Shown: positions 58,418 to 64,000 of the stretch, piece after piece
Numbering within the stretch: position 1 is the stretch's first letter
Layout of the letters: the number at the start of each line of letters is the position of its first letter
DNA from: Heterodontus francisci
Lineage: Eukaryota
Assembly: GCF_036365525.1 (NCBI RefSeq)
Contig: NC_090395.1
Span: 33,661,229 to 33,725,228 of the forward strand
Direction of reading: 5' to 3'
DNA: 64,000 nucleotides
Notes under the pieces: model-generated
The model's database searches: none
What the model was told of the DNA's origin: nothing
What the model saw: the letters and a program-made list of their open reading frames with translations, nothing else
Made by a program: the position numbers and the translations under genes

Positions 58418-61349
58418 ACAAGGCTCCCCATGATATCAAGAAACTACTGAAGGCATTGGATACTGCAAAGGCTATGGGCCTTGACAATTTCCCAGCAATA
58501 GTACTGAAGACCTGTGCTCCAGAATTTGCCGCACCCCTAGCCAAGCTGTTCCAGTACAGCTACAACACTGGCACCTACCCGGCAATGTTGAAAATTGTCC
58601 AGTTATATCCTGTACACAAAAAGCAGGACAAGTCCAACCCATCCAATTACCGCCCCATCAGTCTACTCTCAATCATCAGTAAAGTGATGGAAGGTATCGT
58701 TAACAGTGCATTCAAGCAGCACTTGCTTAACAACATCCTGCTCAGTGATGCTCAGTTTGGGTTCCGCCAGGGCTACTCAGCTCTTGACCTCATTACTGCC
58801 TTGGTTCAAACATGGACAAAAGAGCTGAACTCAAGATGTGAGGTGAGAGTGACTGCCCTTGACATCAAGGCAGCATTTGACCGAGTATGGCATCAAGGAG
58901 CCCTAGCAAAACTGGAGTCAATGGGAATCAGGGGGAAAACTCTCCGCTGGTTGGAGTCATACTTAGCACAAAGGAAGATGGTTGTGGTTGTTGGAGGTCA
59001 ATCATCTCAGTTCCAGGACATCACTGCAGGAGTTCCTCAGGGTAATGTCCTGGGCCCAACCATCTTTAGCTGCTTCATCAATGACCTTCCTTCAATCATA
59101 AAACCAGAAGTGGGGATGTTCGCTGATGATTGCACCATGTTCAGCACCATTGGCGACTGCTCAGATACTGAAGCAGTCCGTGTGGAAATGCAGGAAGACC
59201 TAAAGGCAGACAAATTGCCAGGACCTGATAAAGGCAGATAAGTCGCCAGGACCTGATGGGTTACATCCAAGGGCTTTAAAGGAAGTTGAGATAGTGGAGG
59301 CATTGATCGAAATATTCCAGAACTCACTGGATTCCGGGAGGGTCTCAGCGGATTGGAAAACTGCTAATGTGAAGGGAGGGAGACAAAAAGCAGGAAACTA
59401 TAGGCCAGTCAGCCTAACATCGGTCATTGGGAAAATTCTAGGGTCCATTATTAAGGAAGAAATAGCAGGACATTTAGAAAAGCTTAACGCAATCAAACAG
59501 AGTCAACATGGTTTTGTGAAAGGGAAATCATGTTGACAAATTTGCTAGAGTTCTTTGAGGATATAACAAGCAGAGTTGATAATGGGGAACCGGTAGATGT
59601 AGTGTATTTGGATTTCCAGTTGGCATTCGATAAGATGCCACATAAAGGATTATTGCACAAGATAGGAGCTCACGGTATTGGGGGTAATGTATTAGCATGG
59701 ATTGAGGATTGGTTAACACACAGAAAACAGAGAGTCAGGATTAATGGGTCTTTTTCAGGTTGGAAAGACGTAACTAGTGGAGTGCCACAAGGATCAGTCC
59801 TAGGGCCTCAAATATTTACTATCTATATTAATGTCTCGGAGGAGGGCGCAGAGTGTAATATATCCAAATTTGCTGATGATACCAAAATAGGTGGGAGGGC
59901 ATGTTGTGATGAGGACATAAGGAATCTGCAAGGGGATATAGCTAGGTTGAGTGAATGGGCAAAAACTTTGCAGATGGAGTTTAATATAGGGAAGTGTGAG
60001 GTCATGCACTTTGGTAGGAAGAATCAAAAGGCAGACTACTATTTAAATGGAGGGAGACTTCAAAAAAGTGCAGCACAGAGGAATTTGGGTGTTCTTGTGC
60101 ATGAAACACAAAAGTTAGCATGCAGGTGCAGGAAGTAATTAAGAAGGCAAAAGGAATTTTGGCCTTTATTGCTAGGGAGTTGGAGTTTAAAAATAGGGAA
60201 GTCTTGTTACAACTGTACAGGATGTTGGTGAGGCCGCACTTGGAGTACAGTGTACAGTTTTGGTCCCCGTATTGAAGAAAGGATATACTGGCATTGGAGG
60301 CAGTTCAAAAGAGATTCACTAGGCTGATTCCTGGGATGAAGGGGTTGACTTATCAAGAACGACTTTATTCATTAGAGTTTAGAAGAATGAGTGATGATCA
60401 TATTGAAATGTACAAGATTCTGAGGGGGTTTGACAGGGTAGATGTTGAAAAGATGTTTCCACTAGTAGGGAATCTCGAACTGGGGGACATAGTTACATAA
60501 TAAGGGGACACTCATTTAAAACTAAGATGTGAAGGAATTTCTTCTCTCAGAGGGTAGTGAATGTCTGGAATTCTCTACCTCGGAGAGTTGTGGAGGCTAG
60601 ATCACTGAAAGTATTTAAAGAGAAGGTAGATAGATTTTTGAAATATTGTGGAGTTGAGGGCCATGAGGAGCTGGCACAAAAGAAGAGTTGAGGTCTGGGG
60701 CAGATCAGCCATGACCTTATTGAATGGTGGGCCAGGCTTGAGGGGCCGAATGGCCTATTCATGCTGCTATTTCATATGTTCTTATAATATCGAGACTTGG
60801 GCTGATAAGTGGCAAGTAACATTCATGCCACACACATGCCAGGCAATGACCATCTCCAACAAGAGAGAATCTAACCATTTCCCCTTGACATTCAACGGCA
60901 TTACAGTCGCTGAATTCCCCACCATCAACATCCTGGCGGTTACCATTGACCAGAAACTGAACTGGAATAGCCACATAAATACCGTGGCTACAAGAGCAGG
61001 TCAGAGGCTAGGAATCCTGCGGTGACTAACTCACCTTCTGACTCCCCAAAGCCTGTCCACCATCTACAAGGCACAAGTCAGGAGTGTGATGGAATACTCT
61101 CCACATACCTGGATGACTGCAGTTTCAACAACAATCAAGAAGCTCAACACCATCCAGGACAAAGCAGCCTGCTTGATTGGCATCCCATCGACAAACATTC
61201 ACTCCCTCCACCACCGACGCACAGTGGCAGCAGTGTGTTCCATCAACAAGATGCACTGCAGCAACACACCAAGGCTCCTTAGACAGCACCTTCCAAACCC
61301 GCGACCTCTACCACCTAGAAGGACAAGGGCAGCTGCTGCATGGGAACAC
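58418..61349 (+). mobile_element. Zenon-like LINE RT region split by CR1 copy G
   Basis: ORF 58456-59241 (RT) resumes at about 60786 (WADKWQVTF); cut at 61349 by copy H. Confidence 0.9.
59201..60785 (+). mobile_element. CR1 LINE (copy G), 5'-truncated
   Basis: RT ORFs at 59294-60500; 3' GGCCGAATGGCCTA..C tail. Confidence 0.9.
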
Positions 61350-64000
61350 AGAATAAGAAGAATCACAGAAGAATACAGTGCAGAAGAGGCCCTTCGGCCC
61401 ATCAAGTCTGCACCGATGCATTAAAAACACCTGACCTGTCTACCTAATCCCATTTGTCAGCACTTGGTCCATAGCCTTGAATGTTATGACGTGCCAAGTG
61501 GTCATCCAGGTACTTTTTAAAGGATGTGAGGCAACCCGCCTCTACAACCCTCTGGGTAAAAATGTTCTTCCTCAAATCCCTCTTAAACCTCCTGCCCCTC
61601 ACCTTAAACTTGTGACCCCTCGTAACTGACCCTTCAACTAAGGGGAACAGCTGCTCCCTATCCACCCTGTCCATGCCCCTCATAATCTTGTACACCTCGA
61701 TCAGGTCACCCCTCAGTCTTCTCTGCTCCAGCGAAAACAACCCAAGCCTATCCAACCTCTCTTCATAGCTTAAATGTTCCATCCCAGGCACCATCCTGGT
61801 GAATCGCCTCTGCACCCCCTCCAGTGCAATCACATCCTTCCTATAATGTGGCGACCAGAATTGCACACAGTACTCCAGCTGTGGCCTTACCAAAGATCTA
61901 TACAACTCCAACATGACCTCCCTGCTTTTGTAATCTATGCCTCAATTGCAAAAGGCAAGTGTCCCAATATGCCTTTTTCACCACCCTATTAACCTGCCCT
62001 TCTGCCTTCAGAGATCTATGGACAAACACGCCAAGGTCCCTTTGTTCCTCAGAACTTCCCAGTGTCAGGCCATTCATTGAATACTTCCGTGTCACATTAC
62101 TCCTTCCAAAGTGTATCACCTCACACTTTTCAGGGTTAAATTCCATCTGCCACTTTTCTGCCCATTTGACCATCCCGTCTATATCTTCCTGTAACCCAAG
62201 ACACTCAACCTCACTGTTAACCATTAGGCCAATCTTTGTGTCATCCGCGAACTTACTGATCCTACCCCCCCCCCCCCCCCCACATAGTCATCTATGTCGT
62301 TTATAGAAATGACAAACAAAAGGGGACCCAGCACAGATCCCTGTGGTATGCCACTGGACACTGGCTTCCAGTCACTAAAACAGCCGTCTGTCATCACTCT
62401 CTGTCTCCTACAGCTAAGCCAATTTTGAATCCACCTTATCAAGTTACCCTGTATCCCATGTGCATTTGCTTTCTTGATAAGTCTACCATGTGGGACCTTG
62501 TCAAAGGCTTTGCTGAAATCCATGTAAACTACATCAACTGCACTACCCTCATCTACACACCTGGTCACATGCTCAAAAAAATCAATCAAATTTGTTAGGC
62601 ATGACCTCCCTCTGACAAAGCCATGCTGACTATTCCTAATCAAATTTTGTCTCTCCAAGTGGAGATAGATTCTCTCCTTCAGAATTTTCCCCAATAGTTT
62701 CCCTACCACTGACATGAGACTCACTGGTCTGTAGTTCCCTGGCTTATCTCTACAACCTTTCTTAAATAGTGGGACCACATTAGCTGTTCTCCAGTCCTCT
62801 GGCACCTCCCCTGTGGCCAGAGAGGAATTAAAAATTAGGGTCAGAGCCCCTGCAATTTCCACCCTCACCTCCCACAGCATCCTGGGACACAAATTGTCCG
62901 GACCTGGAGATTTGTCCAATTTTAAGCCTGCCAAAGCCTCCAATACCTTGTCACTCCCTATGACAATTTGTTCAAGAACCTCAGTCTCTCTCTCTGAGTT
63001 CCATATCTACATCCTCATTCTCTTGGGTGAAGACAGATGTGAAGTATTCATTCAACACCCTACCAATGTCCTCTGGCTCCATCCACAGAGTTCCCCCTTG
63101 GTCCCTAATGGGTCCTACTCTTTCCCTGGTTATCCTCTTCCTATTGATATACTTATAGAATATCTTAGGATTTTCCCTACATTTACCAGCCAGAGCTTTC
63201 TCATATCCCCTCTTTGCTCTCCTAATTGCTTTCTTAAGCTCCATCCTACACTTTCTGTTCTCCACTAATGCTTCCGTTGATTTGCTCTCCTTGTATTTGC
63301 TAAAAGCTTCTCTTTTCCTTCTCATCATACCCTGAATATTTCTGGTCATCCATGGTTCTCTGGGCTTGTTGCTCCTACCTGTTACCCTAGAGGGAACATG
63401 TTGGGCCTGTACCCTCCCCATTTCCTTTTTGAATGTCCCCCACTGCTCTTCTGTAGATTTGCCGACAAGTAACTCTTTCCAGTCTACCTTGGCCAGATCC
63501 TGCCTTATTTTACTAAAATTCACTCTCCCCCAATCCAAAACCTTTTTTTGCAACTTGTCTATTTCTTTCTCCATAACAAGGTTAAATTGTACCATGTTGT
63601 GGTTGCTTACACCAAAATGCTCCCCCACCAACACATCAACCACCTGTCCGGCTTCATTCCCCAGAATTAGGTCGAGCACTGCACCCTCCCTTGTTGGATC
63701 CTCTACATATTGAGCTAAAAAGTTCTCCTGTATACATTTTAAGAACTCTACTCCATCTAAGCCCTTAACATGATGACTACCCCAATTAATGTTGGGAAAG
63801 TTGAAATCACCTAATATAATTACCCTATTATTATTTTTACATACCTCTGCAAATTGTGCACATATTTGCTCCTAAATTTCCTGCTGACTATCTAAGGGTC
63901 TATAATAAACACCTAGCAATGTGGCTGTCCCTTTTTTATTCCTAAACTCTACCCATAAAGCTTCATTTGATGCCCCCTCCTGAACATCATCTCTCCTTAC
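61350..64000 (-). mobile_element. CR1 LINE (copy H), runs off the window
   Basis: ORFs at 61444-63679 cover EN-RT; tail at 61350-61400. Confidence 0.92.

Noticed and set aside
764-63713. Numerous antisense ORFs over LINE ORF2 sequence
   Set aside because: Shadow frames of LINE coding sequence that recur in many copies; no independent evidence of function.

Overview
Vertebrate genomic DNA, most likely from a cartilaginous fish (shark): it carries HER1-type CR1 LINEs, Deu-domain SINEs and shark/ray-type Penelope repeats. The only confidently identified host gene is APOBEC2 on the minus strand (coding exons 35899-35766 and 30280-29746, 222 aa, intact HAE and PCxxC motifs). Most of the remainder is nested, decayed transposable elements: L2, several CR1 subfamilies, RTE, Penelope fragments with hammerhead ribozyme motifs, a SCAN-containing Gmr1-like Ty3/Gypsy element, a Mag-like Gypsy remnant, a GalEa-like Ty1/Copia remnant with a perfect tRNA-iMet PBS and related solo LTRs, Harbinger-like and hAT MITEs, and SINEs. 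The most striking signal is a single-ORF CR1-group (Zenon-like) LINE family. Two independent copies begin with a tRNA-derived head (A box and B box), and the 3.2 kb sense strand of the complete copy has no TTTT run. A SINE built from this LINE's head and tail is also present. Together these suggest a protein-coding retrotransposon transcribed by RNA polymerase III. All coordinates were read by eye; TE boundaries without a stated target-site duplication (TSD) are approximate.
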